Below the pieces are notes generated by a model. That model worked only from the letters and a program-made list of their open reading frames with translations, was not told the origin of the DNA and did no database searches. This document shows positions 1 to 12,856 of a stretch of 64,000 nucleotides of DNA, piece after piece. The stretch is from Phoronis australis (taxonomy: Eukaryota; Animalia; Phoronida), in contig NMRA01000649.1 of assembly GCA_002633005.1 (NCBI GenBank), forward strand, positions 108,807-172,806, given 5' to 3'. Each line of letters opens with the position of its first letter. The first letter of the stretch is position 1. The position numbers and the translations under genes are program-made.

Positions 1-1362
1 GAGATGATACACCGTAAATATAAATTACATGAAAATTCCCGTAATACACTCTGAAGACTTTGAATTTTCATGTTCATTGAGATCATGTCTCTGCTACTGG
101 AGACTTTAATGCCAACATCGGCGCATATACGGTAGATTATTAGGAGACTGTCAGTCAGTTGGGTGGTTTTATCGCAGTTATCGGCAGGTGTCCCTGTCTA
201 AAACTCCACAGCAGGTGTTGGTTTTATTTGATATTTTTTCAGGTATTCACTATTCTACTTTTGTAAGCAATTTTATTTCATTTATCATCCGACCATTATA
301 TGATTCTTCAAATTAAAAAATACACCTGCGTGACATTTTTAGCACCATCTTGAGACAACTTTGATGTATCGGTTAACTGTCAAAAGCATTCTGAAATGTT
401 CAGCCAATTCCCCAGTTTACACCAATGTTCCTATAGTACTGGAGTTGAGTTGTTGTGAACCGTCCTTTCTATACCATCTGCAGCACGGCTCCCATGAAGG
501 CGTATTTGCAAACCTTTGTGCAGAAATGTATGTGTTTAGTCTGCAGCTTGGTGTTGGCTAAAATGTCTGGTCGTAGTTTCTACAAGGTGACTAGTATTGA
601 AACTTTGGAATTCATAAATGTTTATTCATGTGTTGTCTGAGAAAAACAGATTTATTTAAGAAGTCAGAAGTATTTTACTTGGTGTTTGATAAAAAATAAA
701 TGAATACCTGTTGCTGGTGAGCCATACGATGCAGGTCGTAAAAACAAACTGATCCCGAAGTCACACATCAATCTGGCTCTCGTTATTTTCGTTGTTTTTA
801 GTTATTTTCGTTGTTCCGTTTTGTTGCGTAGTCATCCTGTTTTCTATTGGTCATTAGTTGCATACTTGTAACTTCAAATACAGAAGATTTGACACCTTCG
901 TACCAGAATTGATGAGTGATATAATGTATCTAGCGTGCGCTGAATTCAGCGTCACTGTTTTATGGTGTTTTTATTTTTATTACCTCCCAGTCTAGAACAA
1001 GACAAAACAACTGGATTGTTTTAGTATTATGAATCTGAATCATCGGAAGAACGACCGGTGCTTGTTGCGCTTTGTTACGAATATCAAATAATGAATGTGT
1101 CTAATGAGCCTGCTGTACAAGCCTAATGTGGTTAGACAACATTCCTCGGAATTCGCTGTCATGACGTCTGGGCTTAAGCCGAATTCATCGTCAGAGTAGT
1201 CTCCCCTGATTCATGGTCAGAGTAGTCTCCCCTGATGACTGAGAATGAAGAGGAATTACCAGGAAACTTAGTGAGGCGGCTCAGCCATTGGCGACCTATT
1301 TGTTATTACCTGTCATGTCTGCTGTTAACAGATTTAGCGGCTATGGCGGGGAAACAGTATTC

Positions 1363-1516
1363 TGATTACTTTTGTTTTGTACTGTACTTGATTACTTTTG
1401 TCTTGTACTGTACTTGATTACTTTTGTCTTGTACTGTACTTGATTACTTTTGTCTTGTACTGTACTTGATTACTTTTGTCTTACACTGTACTTGATTACT
1501 TTTGTCTTGTACTGTA
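1363..1516. repeat. 26-bp tandem repeat (TGATTACTTTTGTCTTGTACTGTACT), about 6 copies
   Basis: Units start at 1363, 1389, 1415, 1441, 1467 and 1493. Confidence 0.95.
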
Positions 1517-1903
1517 TGGTGAAATCTCACCAATAAAGGTCATAATATGGCATACCAGAGAAGTTTATTTTTTTGTGTTATCTAAAAGATGAGTTGCACC
1601 ATGCTTCATCATTTTAGGTTCCCTTTAAAAGCTGCCATCAGACAGTGTTTTGAGAAATGGTATACTACAATGCTAGAAATGAAAAAGGCCAGTTCTGGAA
1701 ATTGTATTTGTCCGAAGTTGGTGAGATTATACGGTACTGATATTTCCATGAATCAGGCACGTATCAAGAATCAGGGGGCTAACATTGGGCTGTTGTAGTC
1801 ATTCGTTAAAGCTAATTGCCACACGAGTGGTCTGGGTCCCATAGACCCGTCTTCTGGATCCACCCCTCTGCAGTACATCTTAATGTTTCCATCTTGCTTG
1901 TAG

Positions 1904-2037
1904 GCCAAGCCCTCGTGGATTGTGGAGAGTCGTTCAAACAAATGGCCGACGTGAAATATGCACTGGAGGACAACGTGAAACAGAACTTTCTGGAGCCCCT
2001 TCATCACCTGCAGACCAAAGACCTCAAGGAAGTTAAT
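1904..2037 (+). CDS. SH3GL: Endophilin A, internal BAR-domain exon (5' exons lie upstream of the window)
   Basis: ttgtag|GC...AAT|gtacgt; encodes GQALVDCGESFKQMADVKYALEDNVKQNFLEPLHHLQTKDLKEVN, typical of the endophilin A BAR domain. Confidence 0.95.
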
Positions 2038-2659
2038 GTACGTGTGCTTGGTTAGGCAGACTGGGGGGGGGGCGTGTTCCATAAACCCGTCACATTAGCC
2101 ATGCACTTGCGACCAGAAATCTCCCATTATAGGATGGAAACTGAATTTTATCCCATAATTCAGGAATTATCTCCCATAGTTCAACGTTGCTGTGTCACTG
2201 ACCAATCACTCCAATGGCCGCCATTTTGCTAAACAGGTCCGGATCATACTCACCTGTCACGTGCGTACTTTTGCATGGTCTCACTTTCCTTGCTAGAAAC
2301 TTGGTCTGTAGAATGCGCCACAGTTCTAATTCACAGACCTGGAGACCCAACTTGAATATTGGCCTATCACATTGCAACAAATTTGATACTGGAAGCCTGA
2401 GTCTCTAGTAAAGATTATCCATGGTTCGAGTTCGAATGCATAAGTTTACTTGAAGTGTGCCAATGAAGTTAATAAATTTTTGATTCAAGTTTCGAGTGAA
2501 GTGATTAGATCCAGCCCAAAGTTTTGCAGCTAGCAGATGACAAATCCTTTGCTTGAATGAGCACATTATGGCTGAAAATGGCTTGATCAGTTGTGTTGAT
2601 GAAAAGGAAATCTTACTAAGTTGTATGTGTGAACACTTTGAACACTTTGTTAAAATGAA

Positions 2660-3040
2660 CAGCAGTCACTTGTGTCTATCAGCAGGTTGACACAATAAAC
2701 AGCTGGCTCACATGTTTTTATGAGCACACCGTCACAATAAACTGCATGCTCACTTGTGTTAGTGGAAAGATTGTTGTAGTAAATAGCCTACTTACATGTT
2801 TTCATGAGCACATTGTCACAGTAAACAACATGCTCAATTGTGTGTTACTGGACAGATTGCAGTATGTTCACTTGTTTTTATGAGCACACTATCACAGTAA
2901 ACAACCTGTTCACTTGTTTTTATGAGCACACTGTCACAGTAAACAGCCTGCTCACTTGTTTTATGAGCAAGCTGTCACAGCAAACAGAATGTTGGCTTGT
3001 GTTAGTGGACATATTGCCGCAGCAAACAGCAGGTTCACAA
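2660..3040. repeat. Diverged ~42-bp minisatellite in an endophilin intron
   Basis: Recurrent CACTTGTTTTTATGAGCACACTGTCACAGTAAACA units, e.g. at 2869, 2911 and 2953. Confidence 0.85.
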
Positions 3041-3061
3041 AATGTGATCACTTTATTATAG

Positions 3062-3128
3062 CATCATCGCAAGAAGCTGTCTGGAAGGAGACTAGACTTT
3101 GATTGCAAGAAACGCAAGAAGGATAAGG
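3062..3128 (+). CDS. SH3GL: Endophilin A exon (end of BAR helix 2)
   Basis: tatag|CAT...AAG G|gtaagt; encodes HHRKKLSGRRLDFDCKKRKKDK, matching the endophilin KKLEGRRLDFD motif. Confidence 0.96.
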
Positions 3129-3500
3129 GTAAGTGTTTGTTGGCCTCTCTTATTCCTTGTTAATCAATTTTTTGGCAAACATTAGTTTAATAAGGCGTAA
3201 TTCACTGCCCTTGTTGAACAAATTGTGAGAATTGGTTGTGAAATGGGTGTCCAGAGCCGTGCGTTTGTATCTGGGCTTATCCGTTTTGGTTTGCTTCAGG
3301 ATAACAACGTCATCTCATTGTTTTTAAAGTCCAGCTTATAGTGTACCCTTGAAGTGAGCCGTTCATTAACTGTTGTCGCTAAGAGACTGGACGTAGTTTT
3401 GACGAGTTGTTTCGCACTGGATGTATTCGCGTGTAATCTTGTTTTTGATTAAAAATTAATCGCCAGCACAATTGGTTGACTGTTCTGCTCTTTGTTTTAG

Positions 3501-3503
3501 GAG
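3501..3503 (+). CDS. Candidate 3-nt microexon (GAG) of endophilin A
   Basis: ttgactgttctgctctttgttttag|GAG|gtgaga; preserves phase 1 and adds one Gly. Confidence 0.55.
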
Positions 3504-4149
3504 GTGAGAAAGATGTGCATTCCTAAGTATACTAATGCAACTTGGTCACCTGCTAGCTTTGTTTCGTTTTTGGCATGAAAAACGACACCAACTAATTTGA
3601 CTCAGTCATCTTTTCGTATTAACAGATCTCCACATTTCATTTTCCGTTGTTCGTATTTGTTGTCAAATATCTCGGGAGCCTTGACCATGTTCATTCTTAA
3701 AGCTGCAACTTGCAACAAATTAGCCATCCGTTCTGCCTCATAAAGATCAACATGTTTTCAAATACTATGGCTTTTTGTTTTCTACTTTTTTCTTTGAATA
3801 ACTATGGGCTTTGTTACACTGGTTTTCAAATCATCTATTTTAAGCACAATGGGGTTTACTGGTTTTGGTGGAAGTAGTTGTCTACTGAGAGTTGTTGTAG
3901 ACCCATCACTAACACTTAAGGTTAAACAGTTGTCGAAACCGCACGTTATTGTTACTGACTCGATAAACTATCTCTTGACCCAACAAAGTTCATTATAAGC
4001 TTGTGATCTGCAATCCATTGTTTTTAACTACGTTTTCGTTAATCTCGGTCTCAGTCTCATACTCTGCTAAGTGTTGTATCCAAGCATGTCTTGTCATGGT
4101 TGCTATTCCACACAAACATCACAGCCTCCGATGTGACCTAATATCTTGA

Positions 4150-4477
4150 AGTGACGTGCTTTCTGTCGAAAAACAAGTTATGATTTAGGCCACTTACCGT
4201 TATCAAATTGGTCTTACCTTATTCCCTATTCAATTTAGAAGGGATCTCGGGACTCGTAAGGAACTGACATCTCGTTATTTCTTCAGACCAGTCTCATGGA
4301 AATTCCTGCAGATGAGATTGGTCTTGAGAAATAATGAAATGTCTGTTCTTTCCCAGCCCAGAAATCGGACTTATTTTGACTTTTTAGTTAGGAACTGTTT
4401 GAGACCAATTTCGTAATGTTTTATGGCCTAAATCAAAACTTGCATTTTTCGACAGAAAGCATTCTTTTCCGCTTTAA
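4150..4477. mobile_element. Non-autonomous DNA transposon (MITE), related to 24313-24606
   Basis: Inverted TTTCTGTCGAAAAA..GATTTAGGCCA / TGGCCTAAATC..TTTTTCGACAGAAA; right end CGCTTTAA. Confidence 0.7.
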
Positions 4478-7030
4478 GGATGGTCCGTAATTTCCACAAA
4501 ATGTATGTTTATAAAAAATTTTGAATTTTAAAATGTCGGTGAAAATCTTCAAAAGGGGAAATGAAAACCAAATTTTTGAATCCCCTCTTTGTAGGGAAGG
4601 GAAGGGGTCTGCAAAAAGTGAACGTTATGTACACGTTGTGGGACTATCCAAACATTACTGGTGAAGAGATAAGGCACCATTTGCTTTGACTTGAATGTTC
4701 TACTCGGTTGTTTGGCCTTGAATGCGATGAGAAACGAGCACAGTGGTGACCAGGTTAGCTGTCCCTGACCATCTTGTTTAGTCTGGCTTATAGTTAGTCC
4801 ATGTGCCTGCGCTTCATGCATCCCCTCTCCCATAGTAGAATGCTTATGGCTAGACAGACCTGGCTTGCCTGACAGTAGCCTCGTCTTGAAAACAAGAGGT
4901 GGCACTGCTAAAAAACTACTTATTACCCACAATGCTTAGTTGGCCATCTCAGTGATTGCTGTTTTCGTACTTTAAATCATTCAACATTTCAATCAACACC
5001 GTCAGTTTCTGGTTTTCGTGTAGCAAATTGATAAAAAGATGGAGCATTTTGTTTGAAATTTAGTTAAGTGTTTGAGATACTGTGGCTTGTTATCTGTTGG
5101 TATTTTCATTGTAAAATTTTACATTGACTGTGTAGTGGCAAATGGCTTTAAGTTTGTATTGTAGCCTAGAAGAGCTTTTAGTTGTGGTGATTGAGACATT
5201 GCCTGACAGATTTGATAGAACTGAGTTTGGTGAACAAGATGCTAAAATTTAAGTTGAACAGAATTTTTGGTTGTTATACATCAAAACGAACCGTGATCTT
5301 TGATATGCGTACTAGAAGTCCCCAAAATATTGTCACCTTCCTTAATCTAGAAAAGTCTAAAATATTGTCAATCAAATGCCATGAATGACCTCAACGTTTT
5401 TGGAGAAACTTTGAAACTCTTCGAAAACTCATAGAATTTTGTCTAGTTTTAATTCCAAACAATTCAAAACCATTGAAAAATTGTAAAAAACAAGAATTCA
5501 ACAACTTAAAAATTCCTCATAAAACATCGTACTAAGTAATAGTCCAAAACTCGGCTGTGCCTTTTCTAACCACACATGAATTTGATTTTAAGAACTACAC
5601 AGCTGAGAAACGTTGCCATTGTTCAATTCCTGACATCGAGAGTATTGCTGTTTATGCCATCTCCCACACCTCTCCCCACCGCTCCCTGTGTCAACATGTT
5701 TGTAGTCTATTAAGTTGCAACTAGCATTTGCATGTCAGTTCCTGACTGCGTTTTGGAATCAATATTGGTGTATAGCTCTGTGTCATTATTTTAGGTGTTT
5801 GGTTTTCATTTTAAAAATTGCTCGCGATCGGTGATTGGATGTTTGTTTTGAAAATCGCTTATGTGTGTTATGTGATGGCTCGTGTGACTTGAAATCTCAC
5901 TTAAAGCAGGCTTGCCCTATTTAGCGGTTAAGAAACGAAAATCAAATCAGGCCTTGTAATGACATAAAATCCGTCTCATTCTTAACTGTGATAGGATTCC
6001 ATTTCCGTTATCAACTCGAGCACATTGTGTATATGCGGCGTCTTTGAATTCACAATTGTTGGATTGACCGACCTCAATAAACTGAGTAGCGTTTTCTTGG
6101 GTTGTTGATGTTATCGTTGCTTTTGTTGGTAATGGAGGCCTGTAGTAGTAAGAATATTTTGAAACCGATCTTACTGGAGTAAAAGACCTAATTTGATTTT
6201 CTTTTTTAAACCTTGTGAATGGTGTGAATTCATAGTTTTAAGTTTAACATATATTTAAAGTAAGATGTAAGTCTGTTTTGAGGTTTTCATTAAACTTTAA
6301 GTGTCTTGATTTTACTTATTGAGCAAATGGGAATCGTGGGTAGGGGTATGACCACAAAAAACTTGGTTCTCGCGTTTAAACAAAAATAACGCATGAAAAG
6401 GGCCTTTCTTGGAATACCAGAATGCAATGCTGGGGTATGTTTTTCAGTTGTTTGGGCAGTAAGTGGTACCTTTTTCACCCTTTCCTCTTCATCGGTGTTC
6501 GTTTTCCATGGAAATCCAAAAGTGGATGTTAAGCCTGATTTAAATGTTACTACTGTCACAGTCACTCTGGATATTTGTTCTCAGTTTAGCTACACATTTC
6601 AACTAGCCATTTTAAAGCTTCAAATAAGCTCATCAGTTCACTCCTTTAGGTTCTCCTTTCAAAGTCCGTTTTTCACATGAATTTTGTAGGGTTTTTTGCT
6701 GTCGCAAGACACTCCATTAAGCTATCTTTTGTAATGCCATTACGGTACATGGGTAAACATGTAGTGTGAGGAATACATACAATTGAAGATATAGGGAAAG
6801 AAATACAAAGTTCCTTATGAAAATACAGTTCTCTCATTAGTTGTACTTTGCCAATTTGTTACGTGTATCACGTCATTGCATTTGCAGCCATTGTGTTCCG
6901 ATCGTGTAGTGCTCTTTTGCGTTATCATCGTTGCCGATTGCCTGATTGGCCATGCACTTGTTCTGAAATTTGCTTCGATCATATCCTGTAGTATCTAACG
7001 AGTTTCATTTTCATTATCTCCCTATATAAG

Positions 7031-7039
7031 ATAAGCCAG
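7031..7039 (+). CDS. Candidate 9-nt microexon (ATAAGCCAG) of endophilin A
   Basis: CTAAC branch point, then tttcattttcattatctccctatataag|ATAAGCCAG|gtaatg; phase 1 to 1; adds D-K-P. Confidence 0.6.
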
Positions 7040-7965
7040 GTAATGTTCGTATTCAGTTCCTGTGCACTGCACAGTGGCATGTGCCTGTTACGCCTTTTTT
7101 TGTCTGATGGAAAATTTACTTTTTATGCGCCCACATAATGTATGCTCTTGTTGTTGTATATTTTACGTGCGGTGCGGTTGTGGACCCGTTTCAGGGCTGT
7201 GCATTGGTCTTGTTACGTGACTGGTAATCTAACCTTTATCGCGGATCACCAAACACTTGCCATGGAAAAAGAGCCGTTAGAACAAGTGTGAAGTCCTTAC
7301 CACTTCACAAAACACGTACGGTGAAGTTTTTTCAATTCAGAATGCATTGTGGCAGAAGAGTGATGTAATATTTTATCAACCATTTTTAACAAAAATAAAC
7401 AGGAAGGAATTTCACTTTATTATTTGCATATTGTGTGATGTACAGCTGTCATTGACAAACTCTTGATGAAATTTTGAGCATTGATTTTTAAAAATTCGAG
7501 AGGTTTGAAAAACAGGAAAATGACAGTTTTGACTTTTTTGAATTCGAGGACACTTTAGTCGGCACTGACGCAAGAACTCTTACCCTACTCAGTTAATACT
7601 TACCATACACAGTTAATTCTTACCAAGAAAGATGAACAGTAATTTGCAGTTGTACAGTGTTAGTGTGCTTGTTGTGGCTGTAGTTTAAGGTACGTGGTAA
7701 GGTTCTTTGTTCATAGTAAGAATTTTCCGACTTGGAGTGTGTGGTGTTTTGTAGAAAGTGGTAAGGTTTTCCTCTCGTGGTAAGAGTTTGGCTATGTGAT
7801 ACATATTCTGCTGGTGGTGGTATTAGGGTTCGATTACCATGCCACCCATTTTTTCATTAATTTCAATTGCATGATCATTTTAGGTACCGGCAATTATTTT
7901 TACATTGTGTCAGCGTTTAGGTCAGCCTTGTTTGTTTGGGAATAGGATGTAACGTTTCCCGTCTA

Positions 7966-8044
7966 CAGGGTGTTTCAAAAAGATAGAATATATAAGTGCA
8001 GGCTTTAGAACCCAGTTACTGGTATATCAGTTTGAAACATCCTG
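7966..8044. mobile_element. Small Tc1/mariner-type MITE
   Basis: TA|CAGGGTGTTTCAAA ... TTTGAAACATCCTG|TA: TIRs with TA target duplication. Confidence 0.75.
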
Positions 8045-8999
8045 TATTATAAAATTGTCACTGTAAGATTAGACTGTGACCGTCCTACCCTGTTTGTCTA
8101 CTATACGTTTCTGTCTGTGGATTTGTGAGCTGTGGTAGATGGGAATGGATTTTAACTGTTGAGGTGTAAACACTGTTCGCTGTTTCAAAGTAAATACTCG
8201 GGCAGTATGAATATTCATTAGATTTTGTATAAAGTAAATACGCGGACAGTATGAATATTCATTAGATTTTGTATGTCCCGTCTTTTCTTGTTCGTTTTTT
8301 TTTTGTGAGCCTTGCTGTAGATGGGAAGGGGCCTTATTTCTGTCTTGGTGAAGGTTGTAATTTTTGGTAGAAATTTCATGAGGTTTTCTAGAGTCTTTGT
8401 GATGTATTTTTTCAATATCCCTTTTTGCAATTTTACCGTTTTATTGACTTTTTAAACCCAATTGTGCCCTGAGACTTATCGTTTTAAATTCACTTGAAGT
8501 TTGGGGCACGGTTATTATGTTTAGTTGACTTGAACACCAATTTTCCAGGACGAATATCGCATGTGGAAATCTTTGAAATGCCTGAAATTTCTAGTGCTTT
8601 TTTTCCGCTTGTATGTATTTGTCATTATAATTTTTAGGGAAAAGATTTTTTTTGGCGTCAACATTGTATTCAAGTTGTCACCATGATCAGATTGCAAACG
8701 AGAAAAGTTTATCTCATGGGAAACGCATTAAATTTAGTGCACAATGATACTTGCGGATGACAAAGTTATCTAAATAAGATACTAATAGAGTGAAATGCTT
8801 GTTGAAATTTGACTTAAAAAGGTATTAAATGTGGCTTCCTTAATCTTTACAGACTCAAAGTGTGTTTGGGAAACTGAGACAAAGTAATATTATTCACCAT
8901 TAAAACTGACTGCTGTAACTGTGTTAGGTACTTTGATGATTACCAGAGACATCTTGAGGTGCACATGAAAACTTATCTCTGTTCACTTCACATTGTCAG

Positions 9000-9100
9000 G
9001 CTCTAACATTGATGAGTCGGAAATACGAGCTGCTGAAGCCAAGTTTGATGAATCCAAGGAGTTGACCTACACAGCCATGAACAACCTGCTGGAGAATGAT
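9000..9100 (+). CDS. SH3GL: Endophilin A exon (BAR helix 3)
   Basis: tgtcag|GC TCT...GAT|gtaagc; encodes GSNIDESEIRAAEAKFDESKELTYTAMNNLLEND; phases match the flanking exons. Confidence 0.95.
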
Positions 9101-10321
9101 GTAAGCGTTCACATAAGGTGACGGACAGCATGTTGCGGTGTGCTGGAAGTATTCTTGTAAGGTCATGAGCAGTAGGTTGGAAGTGTTGAAATATCATCAG
9201 CAGTAAGATATCACAAATTTTGGACAAAAAAAGATGTTGTCAAAACTACCCGTTTTCATTTTCAAGGTCTTCTAACAACTATTGTCGGATGGTGGCTATG
9301 GTAACAGAACTCAAACATGGAAAAAAACATTAATGTGGTGCTACATATCTTTTACAAAAGTGAGAAAATAAGATTTCACTTGTCCGCCTTACTGTTTCCT
9401 AACCTGGTGAGATTTTACCTCTTTGTTCGGTTTTGGGGCATAAAATGACAACATAATGGATTCTGGCTTGTTGAGTTCAGTCTACAGCAATGAAGATTTG
9501 TCTTTTCTCAAACCCAGTTCTAAATCAGTCATAGTATGTGGCAAAAGTAGTCAGAAAAAGTGACCCGTAATTCCCGTCATAACTGCTGGTCATAGGCCAA
9601 ATTTGTCATCGTGGTAGCTGTGCCTCAAGGCTGAGAATCAAGGGGAGATAACAGGAAGTTGGGTGGAGTGGCTATAAGTCTTTCTGGAGATAGAATTTTG
9701 CTGCAATAATAACCTTTAGCAGTCATTTTTGCTGTTATCAGAATTAGCCGCAGTGACATCTGATGTTACTTTTGCTGTGTGCTGTATAATCTTGCAGTAA
9801 GATAGGATTTGGAGGCACTTTCACGGCACCAAATGGTCTAATTTGAGGGATTTCATGTATGACGCTGTTGTCATTTTTCAAATGCATTGTGGACACTTGT
9901 CACTTGAGAGCACCAGAATTGAAAGTACAGGTCCACTACAACATGTTTTTTGGTGCGAATATGACTTAGTGACCATCGTACAAAAGTAAGATTTAGAGGG
10001 AGCCTCAAAATGCATCAGGTTAATACAAAAGCAGTAAATCTTCCGCACGAAACTTTTTCGAAGCATGCACCATCTGATCACCCTGAAGTTGAATGTCATC
10101 ATCTAAAATGTAAATTTCATGCCAGATTACAAGATATTTGTGATGTTACCAAATGTTTACGAGCTTACAGCCGTTCCTCGATGCACTTGAGAAACGACAC
10201 CAGTGCCGTAGATGAAATCCTCCGAATTTGAAAGCCTGCGTATTTGCCATTGAAAACTGGTGAATGTGGATGGATTGGGCCGATATATTAGACTAATTAC
10301 TGTCCATTTGTTTTTTGCTAG

Positions 10322-10425
10322 GTTGAACAAATATCACAGCTGGGATCGTTCATAGAGTCGTGTCTAGACTATCACCGACAGGCTGTGGACATACTTTCCA
10401 CTCTTCATGATAACCTTCAGGAAAA
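10322..10425 (+). CDS. SH3GL: Endophilin A exon (end of BAR domain)
   Basis: ttgctag|GTT...AA|gtgagt; encodes VEQISQLGSFIESCLDYHRQAVDILSTLHDNLQEK. Confidence 0.95.
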
Positions 10426-11049
10426 GTGAGTACAGTTACGTAACACGTACTAATGAGTCATTATTACAGTGTACTTAATCTGACCAATTTAGGACGCAGT
10501 ATGTCAGACGAGGGAAATTTTATTTTTTCAGTAAAAATAACGTACCGTCAATTAAATGTGTGAGGGGAGAGGTCGGCACCGGTTGGCAGTGTTACCATTT
10601 TTTATTCAGAATGATGTCCTTTCTGCCAATCTGAGTGAAAAATCACACGTTGGAGTCAGTCAATGTTACGAGGTGTTCGTGACGCGCTCTTGTTGCTTAA
10701 AAGTCCCAACTATTGCTTCCTATCCTAAATGGTTTGCCAGGTGTTTATGGAATTTGACGGTTTTCTCATTTTCACCAAGGGGTTTTTACTTTAAATTTTG
10801 TAGAAAGGTTTGGGTGGCATAGATGTCGCCTAGCAACATTTGGTAGCGTTTTCATCATTTGTTGGAATGTAGCAAGCTTCCGCAGTGTAGAAAAGTGGCT
10901 AGTTTTGCTCCACTTTGAACAATTTTAAAATTTAATATGTATTTTGCAGTACTTGTTTGTTTTTCTTTTGGAGGCTTTGGGCATAATCTTGAAATGCTAC
11001 ACAAGGGTCTGTGACTTGGTAGGACTGGTGTCAGCTGATTTTCATAGTA

Positions 11050-11462
11050 CCGGGATTTTCTGCGGATAAGCCGTTGGGCATATATTCTGAAAACAAAAAT
11101 TTTTAGGTATTTTTTAGTAACACCAAATAAACGCCCGGACATTTTTTTGGAAAAGGGGGCGTGTAAATGGAAGGTCATAGTTTTGCTGACATTTTTTACT
11201 TAAAACTGTGTTTTTAAATTTTTACGTTAAAAATGCATAGTTCACCAACACCTTGTTCGTTTTTATAAATGATAAATGCTCCACATGTGTCAAAAGGTTG
11301 ACACTGAGTGGGCCTTTAGACAGAAATTTTCCGAATAAACGCCCCACTATCTGGACACTTAAAGCCAGAAGTTGTAAGACCATGGGTTTTCATTAGGCAT
11401 AATTTTCCAAATAAACGCCCATGGGTGTTTCATGGGATAGGCTTATCAGTGGAAAATTCCGG
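11050..11462. mobile_element. MITE with CCG...CGG termini (Tc1/pogo-like)
   Basis: Left end TA|CCGGGATTTTCTGCGGATAAGCC matches the reverse complement of the right end GGCTTATCAGTGGAAAATTCCGG; internal AATAAACGCCC repeats. Confidence 0.7.
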
Positions 11463-11684
11463 TCCATGCTGAATTTTATTAGTACCCCTATGGTGAATTA
11501 GATCTAATAAGCATTCTTTGCACAAAAGTAAGGATCGCCTCCTAATGGCCATTTTTGATACACTAGTGTGGAAAAATGAGAGGTCTGCATTCATCATGTG
11601 TGTGCTACTTGGTACTGCCTATCATGGCGTCGTCATGCGCATTATAGCTGGTTGTAGTCCTAACACCGCCTTGAAATGTTCCAG

Positions 11685-11830
11685 AAAAAACGACGCCGCA
11701 TCAAGACCCCGTGAGGAGTACGTTCCCAAGATGACCTTCAAACAGGCCTACGACCTTGACCTTCCAGACCACAACTCGGGAAATTACGATTTGTCTCCCT
11801 CGAATCCTTCCCCTCCGTCATATCGCTCAG
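11685..11830 (+). CDS. SH3GL: Endophilin A linker exon
   Basis: ttccag|A AAA AAC...TCA G|gtattt; encodes KNDAASRPREEYVPK...PSPPSYRS; phase 2 in, phase 1 out. Confidence 0.9.
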
Positions 11831-12856
11831 GTATTTCATGTTACTCCTCTACAACACCTTACCTGTATTTAAGTTGATGATCAAATTTCAAGGAATTGCT
11901 CTTCTAAGAATTCAATGATAACATTATAATATACCTATCTTTTCCATTGCTACTCGTATCAACTCTTAAACAGTTCCCACGACGATCCCAAGTGCCTAAA
12001 TGCATCTGAGAATGAGTTGCGTGTGCTGTCTGTCCCAAGGTGAACAATAGTGTTTTAGGAACTTATAGTCATGAAATAATACCGAAAATTTGAAAGTAAA
12101 TAATTGGTGTTGTGTCACGGTTTGAAAACATCATCGCTATTCTGCCACCGGGGTAGCCACGACAGAGTTGAGCCGATTGTTGTGCGTAGTATTCCCTCAC
12201 TGAGACAATTAAGTGCATTTTCGTCTTGATATGGACGCAGCAAAATGAACGTATGCTTCAGGTTTGCTAAAAATCGTGAAGAATTCTAAATTAAGCATGG
12301 CTTTCCGTCTTGACAGCCAGCAGCCCAGAACCCAAGTTTGGCCAGTAGAACACATTGACAAAATGGTTAGTTACTGGTTGCAGAATCCGTCACTCAATCG
12401 CCATTCGGTGTGACTGAAAGTCAAATTTTTGTTGTTTAAATGCACCAGGCTGTATTACCTCTGATATATGATAATTATGCAGGTGTGCAAGCTGAAGTAA
12501 CTATGGTTATTTACAGACTAAAACTGCATGTAAATTTTGTAAACTGGATAATGGGTAGATTCGTTGGTTACAATCATCAGGGATTTCTCTTCAACCAGTC
12601 GCTGGGCTCTAGTTCCACCCCGTAATACCTAAAGAGACTGAAAAAGCTGGGGTTGTAATTTTACCAGATTTTTGTTTTTGTTTCCCCATCACGCGTTGAT
12701 CATTTACATCATTGGTTTCATGGCTGTAAGTTTGTGCCTCCATTCCTCGGGCTGTCAACGACCTTTAGTCGTGAGAGTTCAAGCTGAGTTGGAATCCAAA
12801 AGACTGACCAAACTCAATTTGAATTTGTCAACTTCGGGTTAATTTTTTATTTCCAG

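Noticed and set aside
1233-1267. CTGATGA...GAAAC hammerhead-ribozyme-like core
   Set aside because: No proper stem II (wrong closing pair) and no stem I/III complementarity.
1363-1516. CRISPR-like regular repeats (also 37330-37500)
   Set aside because: No unique spacers, no cas genes, and a eukaryotic intronic/intergenic context.
3330-3359. Possible 12- or 24-nt endophilin microexon ending at gtgagc (3354)
   Set aside because: In-frame TGA and a weak pyrimidine tract.
6448-6458. tcag|TTGTTTGGGCA|gtaagt mini-exon
   Set aside because: 11 nt would shift the frame; no further support.
7884-7920. Possible 37-nt exon in the endophilin intron
   Set aside because: Not frame-preserving; weak donor.
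12317-12365. Possible alternative linker exon with tandem acceptors
   Set aside because: Every acceptor choice gives an in-frame stop before the SH3 exon.
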